From: Candidatus Woesearchaeota archaeon
GTDB taxonomy: Archaea; Nanobdellota; Nanobdellia; SCGC-AAA011-G17; GW2011-AR20
NCBI GenBank assembly: GCA_016181245.1
Contig: JACOZR010000022.1
Span: forward strand, 1 to 44,872
Direction of reading: 5' to 3'
DNA: 44,872 bases
A program made the translations under genes and the position numbers. A model generated the notes under the pieces. It was not told the DNA's origin. It was given only the letters and a program-made list of their open reading frames with translations, and did not search any database. Positions 9,881 through 21,723 of this stretch are shown here, piece by piece; position 1 is the first letter of the stretch; every line of letters begins with the position of its first letter.

Positions 9881-11392
9881 TTAATTCAATTCTCTTTGCC
9901 AAGTATCATAAAGGCTTATTTCTTTTTTTGTTAATAACCCTACAGGCGGGATACTTACTGTTGTTGGTCTTCTTGCTTTTCCAGTCCTGTAGTCATCTGC
10001 TAATAATCTTTTTTCTAATTGGTTTATTGCTGGATGTTGACTAAGATTTAATGCGGGTAATTTTTCTTCACTTCCGTATAAGAGAGGTGCATCGCTTAAA
10101 TAACTATAAACTAGTAAAGGAAGCTTGAAATTTTGGTTATCAAATAAGATGTATACTACTTCAGTTCCTCTAACGTGAGTTATGCCTATTGTTTCAAAAG
10201 GAGTTGACTTGAAAACAGTTGCAAATCCCTGATATGTGTAACCTTTTTTTGCTAAATCAAAATGGGCTTTTTGAATAATCTTTCTTACTTGGGTATCATT
10301 CATTCCTCTTAAATTTTTTACAACTTCTCTTGTGATATTACCTGTTTTTAGTAGGTTCATGAACTGGGTTGAAGTAACTTCTTTTTCACGGTCTAATAAG
10401 TATGCATCTGTTTCTGCATAATCTAAGCCAAGACCATAACGAGCTACTATTGCATTAAATACTAAATCATTACTAAGATTATCAGTAAACCTAAAAGGCA
10501 TTAGTACCTCTGCCTCTAAATCATCCTCTAGAAACTTTATTTCTCTAACTCCTTGTTTTGCATGTTCTAAAGCTATCTTTGTTAACGCAACTGCTCCATG
10601 ATAGGGTATTAATACTGTTTGTCTTGATCTTGTTGAGTCCAAGCCCATTTTTTCTAGATCTCTGAGAATTTTTTCATCAACATTGCACCATAGCCAACCT
10701 TTTCTTTTGTGATGTCTATGAAATTGAACGCCTGAATCTACATCAAATTCTTGCAAGATATATGGAGATTTTGATCTACTCAAAAAAGGATTGCTTACTT
10801 CTACATCCCAATAGCTCATTGCTTCTGGAAGATTTCCATGCTCTTTGCTTTTTACTCTTAAAATTACCCCTCCTTGGTGTGAGAACTTTCCAAGCTGAAC
10901 TACATTTTCATCAATTACTTTTTGAGTCATTAAAGGATTGGCTGATGTTAAATTTTTTGTACTAATATGCCTATGAGAAGGAACTCTTAAGCCTTCTACT
11001 TCTTTATACATTACCCTTCCTTCTGTGTCTTTTAATAACTTAACTTCTGAGTGTTGTATATCGTGTTCTAACCCTGCAAAATCAATTCTTGTTAAGTCTT
11101 CTTGGCTATCTGCATACATTCTCCCATTTTTTCTAGTTGATTCAATCCATTTAGCGATGTGGGGATGTTTTTCAGCTTCTCCCGAGGTCTTATCAACTTT
11201 TTTTGCTAGTTCATCAAATTGAGTTCTTCTTTGTTCTCTGTCCATTAAAGCAAAATGAGCTTCAGCAAAAGCACTTGGTGAAAATAAAATATCTCTGGAA
11301 CCTTGTCTCCACATATAACCATGATTAAGGGGATGAATTCCTTGTCCTTGAACTTGGTCTTCTTCTACTTGATTTTGGAGATTTTTTTGCAT
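9881..11392 (-). CDS. hypothetical 503-aa protein, last gene of a three-gene accessory operon
   Basis: Long ORF rich in His, Arg and Trp relative to the core genes. No domain recognised. Its stop is 2 nt from the convergent rps6e stop. Confidence 0.6.
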   Translation of the reverse strand: MQKNLQNQVEEDQVQGQGIHPLNHGYMWRQGSRDILFSPSAFAEAHFALMDREQRRTQFDELAKKVDKTSGEAEKHPHIAKWIESTRKNGRMYADSQEDLTRIDFAGLEHDIQHSEVKLLKDTEGRVMYKEVEGLRVPSHRHISTKNLTSANPLMTQKVIDENVVQLGKFSHQGGVILRVKSKEHGNLPEAMSYWDVEVSNPFLSRSKSPYILQEFDVDSGVQFHRHHKRKGWLWCNVDEKILRDLEKMGLDSTRSRQTVLIPYHGAVALTKIALEHAKQGVREIKFLEDDLEAEVLMPFRFTDNLSNDLVFNAIVARYGLGLDYAETDAYLLDREKEVTSTQFMNLLKTGNITREVVKNLRGMNDTQVRKIIQKAHFDLAKKGYTYQGFATVFKSTPFETIGITHVRGTEVVYILFDNQNFKLPLLVYSYLSDAPLLYGSEEKLPALNLSQHPAINQLEKRLLADDYRTGKARRPTTVSIPPVGLLTKKEISLYDTWQRELN

Positions 11393-11430
11393 GTTATTTT
11401 TAAAATAAACAATCTTAAAAGCTTTTTTAA

Positions 11431-13284
11431 TTAGATTTGCATAATGGGCGCTTTAAATTTCATTGTGTTGACTTTTCCTTCTCTGATTTTTTTGGTTCTT
11501 AATAATTGCATAATTTCTCTTCTACTAGTTTTTGAGTCTCCCACAGAAACCAACATTTTTCCTATTTCTATGACGCTTCTTTTTGGATCCCATGTACCGA
11601 TTGGTTCTAGTGTTGTATCTTGAGATTCTATCAATCTTTTAACTTTTTCTAAATCTGTTGCTCTTTTTTCATAAGCTAGACGAGCTGCTTCATTTTCTGC
11701 AACTATTTCTTTTTGAGTTTTTCCATATACTAATACTTGAACATCATTTATTAACCCTTTTGGTATTTGTTCTAGAGATCTTTGTGCCAGTCTATTATTT
11801 TCAGCAATTTCTGATTCTAACTTTCTTTGATGAATTATTTCTTCTATGTAATCTCTTACTTGTTTTTCTGGAAGAATGATTACACCTCTATTTGGTTTAG
11901 AGCTTAAAAATTCTGCAAGTTCAGGTTGTACATTATAACAAGCAAGAGTGCCATGAACTATTTCATCTAATTGTTGATAACCTGAATTATTTTTTCTTCT
12001 CCAGTTAGACATTGCTATGTTACCTGATATTGTTGCTGCATATGCATCTAATTGCTGGCGAGCTTTTTTAGCAGTTTCATACTTTTCTGAATCTACTGCA
12101 TGTGGCTTAACTTCTATAACCATGAATTTTCCGTCTTTGGTTTTGTATACTAAGTCGCATCTCATCCATGGAATTTCTCTTTCACCCATTCGTGCCTTAG
12201 CAAATTCAGCAACTTCCGTGTATTGAGAATTTAGTCCTTTTTTCAATGCTGCTAGCAACTCCCTGTTTCTTTCTTGTAACTCTTGAGGCATTTCAATATC
12301 TTCCTGGAAATCTGCTGCTAAAAGTTCTGAATCGCCTATAAGTTCTTTGTAATTTTTTGGATCTGTTAGATAAGTAACTAGATATAGGTGCCTTAAACTT
12401 GCTGCATTGAGAAACTTTTTCCTTTTTTCTTGGTTGAGAGGGATTTCTTCAAGCCTTTCTTCTACTACTTCTTCTAGAATGTAGGGATGAGGGTTAGGGC
12501 TTCCCTTTGCTTGCCCATTTCCATCTTTTTTCCCTGCCCATAATTTGTTTACAATTCCTCTTACAGAATCTTCTGTTCTTTCCTCTAAACCTTGCTCTCT
12601 TAGTATTTCATTTAATCTTTTTCTTATAATCTCATATGATCCTTTTCTCATACGCCCTTTTTCGGTTAATCCTGTTTCTTCGACATAGTTAATTATTTCA
12701 TTGACGATTACATCTTCTTCTAAACGGCCATCTGGAATTTTCCTCAATCTTACGATATTTCCTTGATTGTTCTCGATGTGCTGCAATCCAATTTCAGAAA
12801 ATCTTGGGTCTAATGCAATAATTTCTTCATACAATTTTCTTCTTCCTTCATATGTGTAACCGTAGGTGCCATAAAAAGATGAATCTACTTGTTGGATTAT
12901 TGGACTAGATAATAATTGTCTTTTCCCTTCTTGTCTTAATTTTGAATCTTCTTCTAATACTTTTTCTCCTATCTTTCTTAGTATTTGAATATATTCTGAA
13001 CTTCCTTTTTCTGGAACTTTTAATAATAACTCATCTACTCCTTTAAACTGAGTTGGTGAATATCCTAGGAAGCTTATTATTTTTAGAAAGTCTTGTTTTT
13101 TAGGATTTCTTTGCGAACAAATGTAGCCCATTACTTTTGATGGGGATACTTCTAATAACCTACTAAATCCATCTATACTTGTTTCATACGCAGCTCTTTC
13201 TCTATCTAAGAATTCTGAAAAAGAAATCTTCTTTTCCTTTTCAGTTTCTTCATCTACATCTATAAAGTATAATTTTTGCGTCAT
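11431..13284 (-). CDS. HTH (XRE-like) protein with a PD-(D/E)xK nuclease-like core
   Basis: 617 aa. The N-terminus SIDGFSRLLEVSPSKVMGYICSQRNPKKQDFLKIISFLGYSP looks XRE-like. Residues 377-393, CDLVYKTKDGKFMVIEVK (about nt 12106-12156), match the D...E-x-K restriction-endonuclease/NucS-type pattern. Confidence 0.55.
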   Translation of the reverse strand: MTQKLYFIDVDEETEKEKKISFSEFLDRERAAYETSIDGFSRLLEVSPSKVMGYICSQRNPKKQDFLKIISFLGYSPTQFKGVDELLLKVPEKGSSEYIQILRKIGEKVLEEDSKLRQEGKRQLLSSPIIQQVDSSFYGTYGYTYEGRRKLYEEIIALDPRFSEIGLQHIENNQGNIVRLRKIPDGRLEEDVIVNEIINYVEETGLTEKGRMRKGSYEIIRKRLNEILREQGLEERTEDSVRGIVNKLWAGKKDGNGQAKGSPNPHPYILEEVVEERLEEIPLNQEKRKKFLNAASLRHLYLVTYLTDPKNYKELIGDSELLAADFQEDIEMPQELQERNRELLAALKKGLNSQYTEVAEFAKARMGEREIPWMRCDLVYKTKDGKFMVIEVKPHAVDSEKYETAKKARQQLDAYAATISGNIAMSNWRRKNNSGYQQLDEIVHGTLACYNVQPELAEFLSSKPNRGVIILPEKQVRDYIEEIIHQRKLESEIAENNRLAQRSLEQIPKGLINDVQVLVYGKTQKEIVAENEAARLAYEKRATDLEKVKRLIESQDTTLEPIGTWDPKRSVIEIGKMLVSVGDSKTSRREIMQLLRTKKIREGKVNTMKFKAPIMQI

Positions 13285-13285
13285 T

Positions 13286-13810
13286 TTAATCTCTTAATAA
13301 ACGGGTAACTATTTGTGTTGCTTTGTTTCTTCCAGTTCTAACGTCGCTTGGTGATGATGGCATAGACACAAATTTTTTCGGATCATCTATTCTTGCAATT
13401 CTGTGGTGACCTTTTCCATCTTCTCCGTCTATATACATCAAACCGATTTTGGCTAACACCCTTCTTTGATACGGTGTTGCTCTGCCTTTCCACTCTCTGA
13501 AGGCTTCTTTTAAATCCTTTAAAGCTTGGGGGTCTATATTTTGAGTATATTCTTCTGGTTCTACAGTTTCTTCCCCAATTCCTTCTAGTATTTCATTAAC
13601 TCTTGTTACTAATTCTCCGTTTTGTTGTCTAAGAACGAGATCTCTCATTTCTTGAGCTATTAGTTCTGTTAACTCTCTGTCAGCAACTTCTCCACTCACT
13701 TTTAAACAGGAACCATTATCAGATATAAGTGCCTCTACCCTATCTGGACCTAATTGGATTAAATATCTCTTAGTATCTCCTACTTTTCCGCAATAATTAA
13801 CTAGTGTCAT
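13286..13810 (-). CDS. hypothetical protein with a HicA-like C-terminal region
   Basis: 174 aa. The C-terminus GKGHHRIARIDDPKKFVSMPSSPSDVRTGRNKATQIVTRL resembles the HicA (YcfA) pattern GSH...VP.H...L..GT...I. The N-terminal half could be HicB-like. A TAAAATG junction links it to the next gene. Confidence 0.35.
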   Translation of the reverse strand: MTLVNYCGKVGDTKRYLIQLGPDRVEALISDNGSCLKVSGEVADRELTELIAQEMRDLVLRQQNGELVTRVNEILEGIGEETVEPEEYTQNIDPQALKDLKEAFREWKGRATPYQRRVLAKIGLMYIDGEDGKGHHRIARIDDPKKFVSMPSSPSDVRTGRNKATQIVTRLLRD

Positions 13811-13929
13811 TTTAACCTATTTTTGTTATTATTTGGTAGTAAATATGCTTTATAAATCTTACTATTTTTGACTACTTTTTAGGGGTTATAAAATAAATAC
13901 TTATAAAATAGGAATTTTGAGGTATCTTT

Positions 13930-15846
13930 ATGCCAGTATTTACACAATACAAAGCTACAAAGAAAAGTAGAATTGATGGACTTGTTAATTATGTAAGAAC
14001 AGAACTGGGAGAATATAGATCTGGCTCGTTGGATAATTTATTGACATGCAATGAGTTGGGTGCTGTATTTGGGATATCATCTGGCTATGCTTCTTTACTT
14101 ATCCAAAGAAACTTTTCTTTGGCAGATAAAAACTATAGGATTGGGATAGTAGAACTCCAAAGAGGGAGAAGAGTTTCGGCTTCAAAAACTGGAATTAAGA
14201 AGTCTAGGCAGTCTGTAGAAAGAACCTCTAAAACTAAATTAAAAAATTTACTTATTAAACTGGATGGATTAAAACCTTATATTCTTGATGAGTTACGGGC
14301 GTATAAGGGAGGGCGTATTCAATTTTTGTCTTCAAACGATGAGCTTGCTTCACTTTATGGGGTTACTCACACAACTATACGTAAAATATCTCGAAGAATT
14401 TTGAATAAAAAAGATTCTTCACTTAGAGATAAAATATTAAGGGAAAACACTAGGAGAAAAATTTCTATTTCTAGGTCGAGTTATAATGAGGAAGGACGAA
14501 AATTATTGATTTCTGAAGTAAAAAGAGAACTATTCTTATATTCTTCTGGCAAGTCTTTTGCAGTTTCTTCTTCGGAGGAATTAGCTGAAAAATTTGGTAT
14601 CAGTTCTCAAACAGTTTATCTATGGATGAAAGAAGATTTACCTGATTCAGAAATTAGATCTAGAAACCAATATTTAGTTCAATCGCGGAAATTAAGATTA
14701 ACTGAGCAAAGACGAATTATACATGAAGATATAATTGACTTTATAAAAAAAGAGATTGTGGCTCATAGGGAAGGAAAAATTTCTAGAGTGACAGGTACAA
14801 CAAAACTGATGAGTAAATTTGGTATAACTCAAGGTCGTTTATCTTTTATTATTGATGAAAACCTTACAAAAGATGACATAGCATATAGGATTAGTGCCAT
14901 GAATAAACAACGTGCGGATGATTTTACTGCTGCTAGAACAAAAGAAAATTTATTAGACTTTTTAGATTATGTAAGTGATGAAATCCGTAGACATAGGTCT
15001 GGTGATTTGCCTAGACTTACTTTTGCTACTCAATTAGGTGAAGAATTTGATATCTGTGGCACTGCTGCATCTTATAGACTTCGTAAATATCTGGACAGAC
15101 AGGATTTTGATTATTGGTTAAATATTGTTAAGCAGCAAAAACTGAGTGATATGGCTAGTCTTAAAGGAGAAAAACATCCAATGTTTGGCAAGAAACATTC
15201 TCAAGAAACAAGACTTAAAATATCTAATGCTAATTCAAAAAAAGAAGGATTTCCGCAATGTATTGATTTTGTAAAAGCTGAAATAGAATTACATAAATAT
15301 GGGAATATAAGCAAATTTTCTAGTATAGGCTCTTTAGGTGAAAAATTTGGAATTTGTGGCCATACTATTCTGAAGTGGCTCAAGAAGGGATTATCTAAAG
15401 AAGAGCTTGATTATAGAAGAGATGTTACTAGGTCTCAAGTGGGAGTAAGGGGGGCAAATCACTATTTGTTTAATGGTCATATGCGTCTTAAGTATAGCGT
15501 TTTTTTTACAGATGTTATGAGATCTTATATCCGGGCAAGGGATAATTTTGAATGCCAGCTGTGTGGTGCAACTGAAGGAAGAAGAGCCCATCATGTTCAT
15601 CACATAGATTATAATAAGAAAAATGATGGTGAGATGAATTTAATACTATTATGCGGTAGATGCCACCCATCTATCGGTTCTTCTTTAATCTACTTGGGAG
15701 AAGTATGGAATTTCTTGTGTAACAAAAGGATAGAAGACATTTATGAGGATATGTTTGAAGAAAGATTTAGAGATTTGCAGCAATTTAAATTTGATTTGAT
15801 GGTTATAAATGGATTAGAAGGTTTATTGGATCAACATTTTGATTAA
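13930..15846 (+). CDS. HNH endonuclease with a NUMOD3 motif and six tandem HTH-type repeats
   Basis: 638 aa. Six ~55-aa repeat cores spaced ~75-105 aa apart share the core h..Eh..a+.G.....s...L...FGI....h. NUMOD3 GEKHPMFGKKHSQETRLKIS is at about 15163-15225. HNH CQLCG...HHVHHIDYNKKNDGEMNLILLCGRCH is at about 15535-15669. Confidence 0.75.
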   Translation: MPVFTQYKATKKSRIDGLVNYVRTELGEYRSGSLDNLLTCNELGAVFGISSGYASLLIQRNFSLADKNYRIGIVELQRGRRVSASKTGIKKSRQSVERTSKTKLKNLLIKLDGLKPYILDELRAYKGGRIQFLSSNDELASLYGVTHTTIRKISRRILNKKDSSLRDKILRENTRRKISISRSSYNEEGRKLLISEVKRELFLYSSGKSFAVSSSEELAEKFGISSQTVYLWMKEDLPDSEIRSRNQYLVQSRKLRLTEQRRIIHEDIIDFIKKEIVAHREGKISRVTGTTKLMSKFGITQGRLSFIIDENLTKDDIAYRISAMNKQRADDFTAARTKENLLDFLDYVSDEIRRHRSGDLPRLTFATQLGEEFDICGTAASYRLRKYLDRQDFDYWLNIVKQQKLSDMASLKGEKHPMFGKKHSQETRLKISNANSKKEGFPQCIDFVKAEIELHKYGNISKFSSIGSLGEKFGICGHTILKWLKKGLSKEELDYRRDVTRSQVGVRGANHYLFNGHMRLKYSVFFTDVMRSYIRARDNFECQLCGATEGRRAHHVHHIDYNKKNDGEMNLILLCGRCHPSIGSSLIYLGEVWNFLCNKRIEDIYEDMFEERFRDLQQFKFDLMVINGLEGLLDQHFD

Positions 15847-16024
15847 AAACAACCTTATTTTAACCTTCTTTTTAATATTAAAAAATTCACTTAATTTCTT
15901 TATAAATCTTTCTACAATAAAAATTTTTTTTGGTCTCTAGAAGCCTTAAAACCTCTGAATTTGGGCATTTCAGCTTGGGAAAAGTATATAAATTTGGAGC
16001 CTGTTTTTTTATTAAAAAAGGTGA

Positions 16025-18359
<2,335 letters not shown>

Positions 18360-18364
18360 ATAAA

Positions 18365-20773
18365 ATGGCTGAAAAAATTCAACAAAAATTAATTGAAGAA
18401 GAAATGAAGGAGAGTTACATAGATTATGCTATGTCTGTGATAACAGCAAGAGCATTACCTGATGTTAATGATGGTTTAAAGCCAGTCCATAGAAGAATAT
18501 TATATGCAATGCATAAAGCGGGGTTGCAGCATACAAAACCATTTAGAAAATGTGCGAGAGTTGTTGGAGATGTTTTAGGTAGATATCATCCTCATGGAGA
18601 TATTGCTGTTTATGATTCTTTAGTCAGAATGGCTCAGAATTTTTCTTTAAGATATCCTTTAATTCATGGGCAAGGAAATTTTGGTAGTATAGATGGATAT
18701 AGTGCTGCCTCAATGAGATATACCGAATGTAAGTTAACCCCTATAGCAGAGGAAATGCTTGAAGATATAGATAAAGATACTGTTAAGTTTGTACCAAATT
18801 ATGATGAAAGTTACAAAGAACCAATAGTGTTACCAAGCAAGATTCCTAATTTAGTGATTAATGGTACAACAGGAATTGCTGTAGGAATGGTTTCAAGCAT
18901 ACCTCCACACAATTTAAGAGAAGTTGCTGATGCTATTGTTGCTTTAATTGATAATCCAGAACTTAAAACAGATGGATTAATGCAGTATATTAAAGGACCT
19001 GATTTTCCAACCTATGCAAGCATTGTTGGGAGAGAAGGAATTAGAAAAGCCTACAAAACAGGAAGAGGAAAATTAAAAGTAAAAGCTAAATGTGAATTTG
19101 AGAAAGATAAGATAATTATTTCTGAAATTCCTTATCAAGTAAATAAAAAAATATTAATTGAAAGCATTGTGGATTTAGTTAAAGATAAAAGAGTTGAAGG
19201 TATAAGAGACATAAGAGATGAGAGTGATAGAAAAGGTATGAGGATTGTTTTAGAATTAAAAGACAATGCTAATAATGAAGTTGTTTTGAATCAATTGTAT
19301 AAGCATACTCAATTGCAATCTACGTTTAGTGTTATTATGACAGCTTTAGTTGCGGGGCAGCCAAAGACTATGAGCTTGAGGAACATGCTTAATTTCTTTA
19401 TACAGCATAGAAAAAGAACTATTACAAGAAGAGTTCAATTTGATTTGAAGAAAGCAGAAGATAGGGTTCATATTTTAGAAGGATTAAGAATTGCTTTGCA
19501 AAATATTGATGATGTTGTTAAGGACATTAAGGGGAGCAAGGATGTTGAATCTGCTAAGTTGTTATTGATAACTAATTACAAATTAAGTGAAATACAAAGT
19601 CAAGCGATATTAGAGATGAGGTTGCAGAGATTAACTGGTTTAGAACAGAATAAGATTGAAGAAGAATTTAAGGTTTTATTAGTATTTATTGCTGAGATGA
19701 AGGCTATTCTTGCTTCTGAAGAAAGGATTTTAGATATAATCAAGAAAGAAACTTTAGAGTTAAAAGAAAAATATGGGGATGACAGAAGAACAGTTATCAT
19801 AGAAGAAGATGAGAATGAAATTGAAGATGAAGATTTGATTAAGAATGAACAAATAATTATTACTGCTACTAGAGATGGGTATATTAAACAAACTTTATTG
19901 GAAGAATATAAACAGCAGAAAAGAGGCGGAACTGGTATAATTGCTACAGAGAAGAAAGAAGAAGATATTGTTGAGCATTTATTTTCAACCAAGAGTCATA
20001 ATTACTTGTTGTTTTTTACTAATGCAGGAAGAGTTTATTGGTTAAAGGCTTATAAAATTCCTAAGGGAAGCAGATATGCGAAAGGAAAAGCTATTGTAAA
20101 TATATTCAAATTAGCTGAAGGGGAAAAGGTAAATGCTATATTGCCAATTTTGAATCTTGAAAAAGAAAGCTATGTTATGTTTGCTACTAAAAATGGCAAG
20201 TTAAAGAAAACTCCTTTGAAATCATTTTCCAAACCTAGAAAAGCAGGGATTAAAGCCATTAAATTAGAGGATAAAGATGAGGTAGTTTCTGTTAAGTTAA
20301 CTCCTGGAAATTTGGAGATTATTGTTGGAAGCAAGAAAGGAAATGCTGTCAAGTTTAATGAAAAAGATGTAAGAGTTATGGGAAGAAATGCTTCTGGTGT
20401 AAGAGGAATTAGACTAAAAGAAAAAGATGCTGTTGTTGGAATGGAAATTGCAAATCCTGAAGGAACTTTATTGACTGTTACTAAAAATGGATATGGAAAA
20501 AGAACATCTTTTGGAGATTATAGATTAACTAGAAGAGGCGGTAAGGGAGTTAGAAACATTAAGATTACTGAGAAGAATGGAGAGGTTGTGGGAATTAAAA
20601 CTGTTAAGGATATAGATGATGTTATGTTTATTACTGAGAAAGGTGTTGTTATTAGAACTCCGTCAAATGGGATTAGTGTTATTGGAAGAAATACGCAAGG
20701 TGTTAGAATAATGAAGTTAAAAGAAATGGATAAAGTTAAATCTTTGACAAGGATTATTTCTAAGATTGATTAA
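18365..20773 (+). CDS. gyrA: DNA gyrase subunit A
   Basis: 802 aa with DGLKPVHRRILYAM, the active-site region AASMRYTECKL, and a C-terminal beta-pinwheel repeat region. Confidence 0.97.
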   Translation: MAEKIQQKLIEEEMKESYIDYAMSVITARALPDVNDGLKPVHRRILYAMHKAGLQHTKPFRKCARVVGDVLGRYHPHGDIAVYDSLVRMAQNFSLRYPLIHGQGNFGSIDGYSAASMRYTECKLTPIAEEMLEDIDKDTVKFVPNYDESYKEPIVLPSKIPNLVINGTTGIAVGMVSSIPPHNLREVADAIVALIDNPELKTDGLMQYIKGPDFPTYASIVGREGIRKAYKTGRGKLKVKAKCEFEKDKIIISEIPYQVNKKILIESIVDLVKDKRVEGIRDIRDESDRKGMRIVLELKDNANNEVVLNQLYKHTQLQSTFSVIMTALVAGQPKTMSLRNMLNFFIQHRKRTITRRVQFDLKKAEDRVHILEGLRIALQNIDDVVKDIKGSKDVESAKLLLITNYKLSEIQSQAILEMRLQRLTGLEQNKIEEEFKVLLVFIAEMKAILASEERILDIIKKETLELKEKYGDDRRTVIIEEDENEIEDEDLIKNEQIIITATRDGYIKQTLLEEYKQQKRGGTGIIATEKKEEDIVEHLFSTKSHNYLLFFTNAGRVYWLKAYKIPKGSRYAKGKAIVNIFKLAEGEKVNAILPILNLEKESYVMFATKNGKLKKTPLKSFSKPRKAGIKAIKLEDKDEVVSVKLTPGNLEIIVGSKKGNAVKFNEKDVRVMGRNASGVRGIRLKEKDAVVGMEIANPEGTLLTVTKNGYGKRTSFGDYRLTRRGGKGVRNIKITEKNGEVVGIKTVKDIDDVMFITEKGVVIRTPSNGISVIGRNTQGVRIMKLKEMDKVKSLTRIISKID

Positions 20774-21134
20774 AATGAATTTTCTTTTTGTTTCTCATTA
20801 CTCTGATTTTTATAGAAAGATTTTGCCGCAGTTTTTAGAAAAAGGAGTTAATTTGGGCTTTTCTGGTTCTATTGAAAAAACTACCCAGTTATTAAGAACA
20901 AGAAAGGATTATGGCTGTATTATTTTACATTATAACCCTGAAGATCATCCTGAAATGTATGGAATATCTTTGCTTGAACATTTAATCTTAACAGGACAGA
21001 CTTTTCATAGAGATTATACTAGAATAATTTCTGTAATATCTATAGATGAAACTAATTTCTTTGAAAGAGCTTTTGAGTTATATGTACAGACTATTGTCCT
21101 AAGACTGATCCAAGAACAGGAAGTCCAAACATAA
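20766..21134 (+). CDS. small hypothetical protein coupled to gyrA, weakly receiver-like
   Basis: 122 aa; the likely start is ATG 20775 in a second TAAAATG junction. It has NFLFVSHY...TTQLLRTRKDYGCIILHY...RIISVIS, but the conserved acidic residues are absent. It overlaps the convergent M50 gene by 44 nt. Confidence 0.25.
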   Translation: MIKMNFLFVSHYSDFYRKILPQFLEKGVNLGFSGSIEKTTQLLRTRKDYGCIILHYNPEDHPEMYGISLLEHLILTGQTFHRDYTRIISVISIDETNFFERAFELYVQTIVLRLIQEQEVQT

Positions 21135-21723
21135 ACAATACTGCTATTCCTAAAACTATGAAATAAATTGTTTTATTCCATAAGAATACTTTTTTACCGT
21201 CTAATGGGCCAAAAGGAAGCATATTGAATATTGCTAGCCATGTATTTACAGAAATACCATATTGAGCAATTGTTATAATTAAACTATTTGAGCTCACTAG
21301 CCATAAGATAAAGAAGAGTATTGCTAAAACCAAATTTGTAATTGGTCCTGCTACTGAGATTCTTCCATTTCTTGGGATACCTACAAATCCTGAAATAAAA
21401 ACTGCACCTGGAGCAGCAAATATCCAGCCAGTAAATGATAATGCAATTGCTACTAAAAGCATTAAATCCCAGGACCTGAATTCTGCCCAGCAGCCATATT
21501 TCTGCGCTACTATTTTGTGAGCAAGTTCATGTAATAAAAATCCAAACCCTACTGCTATTGCTGACACTACCAAATTTTCAATAAACTTTTGAAAAGGAGC
21601 GTTGAATACACTATCATAACTATCGATACTAAAAGCAATTGCAAAAGCTATTGATATTGCTATCCATGCTTTTATCAAATCTCTTATTTCCTCTTTTGAT
21701 GTTTTAATTTTTATTTTTTTCAT
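21091..21723 (-). CDS. M50-family (site-2 protease-like) membrane metalloprotease
   Basis: 210 aa, polytopic and hydrophobic, with the HELAHK zinc motif. It overlaps the 3' end of aIF2-gamma by 20 nt. Confidence 0.8.
   Translation of the reverse strand: MKKIKIKTSKEEIRDLIKAWIAISIAFAIAFSIDSYDSVFNAPFQKFIENLVVSAIAVGFGFLLHELAHKIVAQKYGCWAEFRSWDLMLLVAIALSFTGWIFAAPGAVFISGFVGIPRNGRISVAGPITNLVLAILFFILWLVSSNSLIITIAQYGISVNTWLAIFNMLPFGPLDGKKVFLWNKTIYFIVLGIAVLFMFGLPVLGSVLGQ

Noticed and set aside
9869-15900. The rps6e-gyrB accessory island as an integrated element bounded by direct repeats (ACTTAATT near 9871 and 15890).
   Set aside because: The shared word is only 8 nt in a very AT-rich genome. No integrase or transposase gene is present, and no tRNA target is present.
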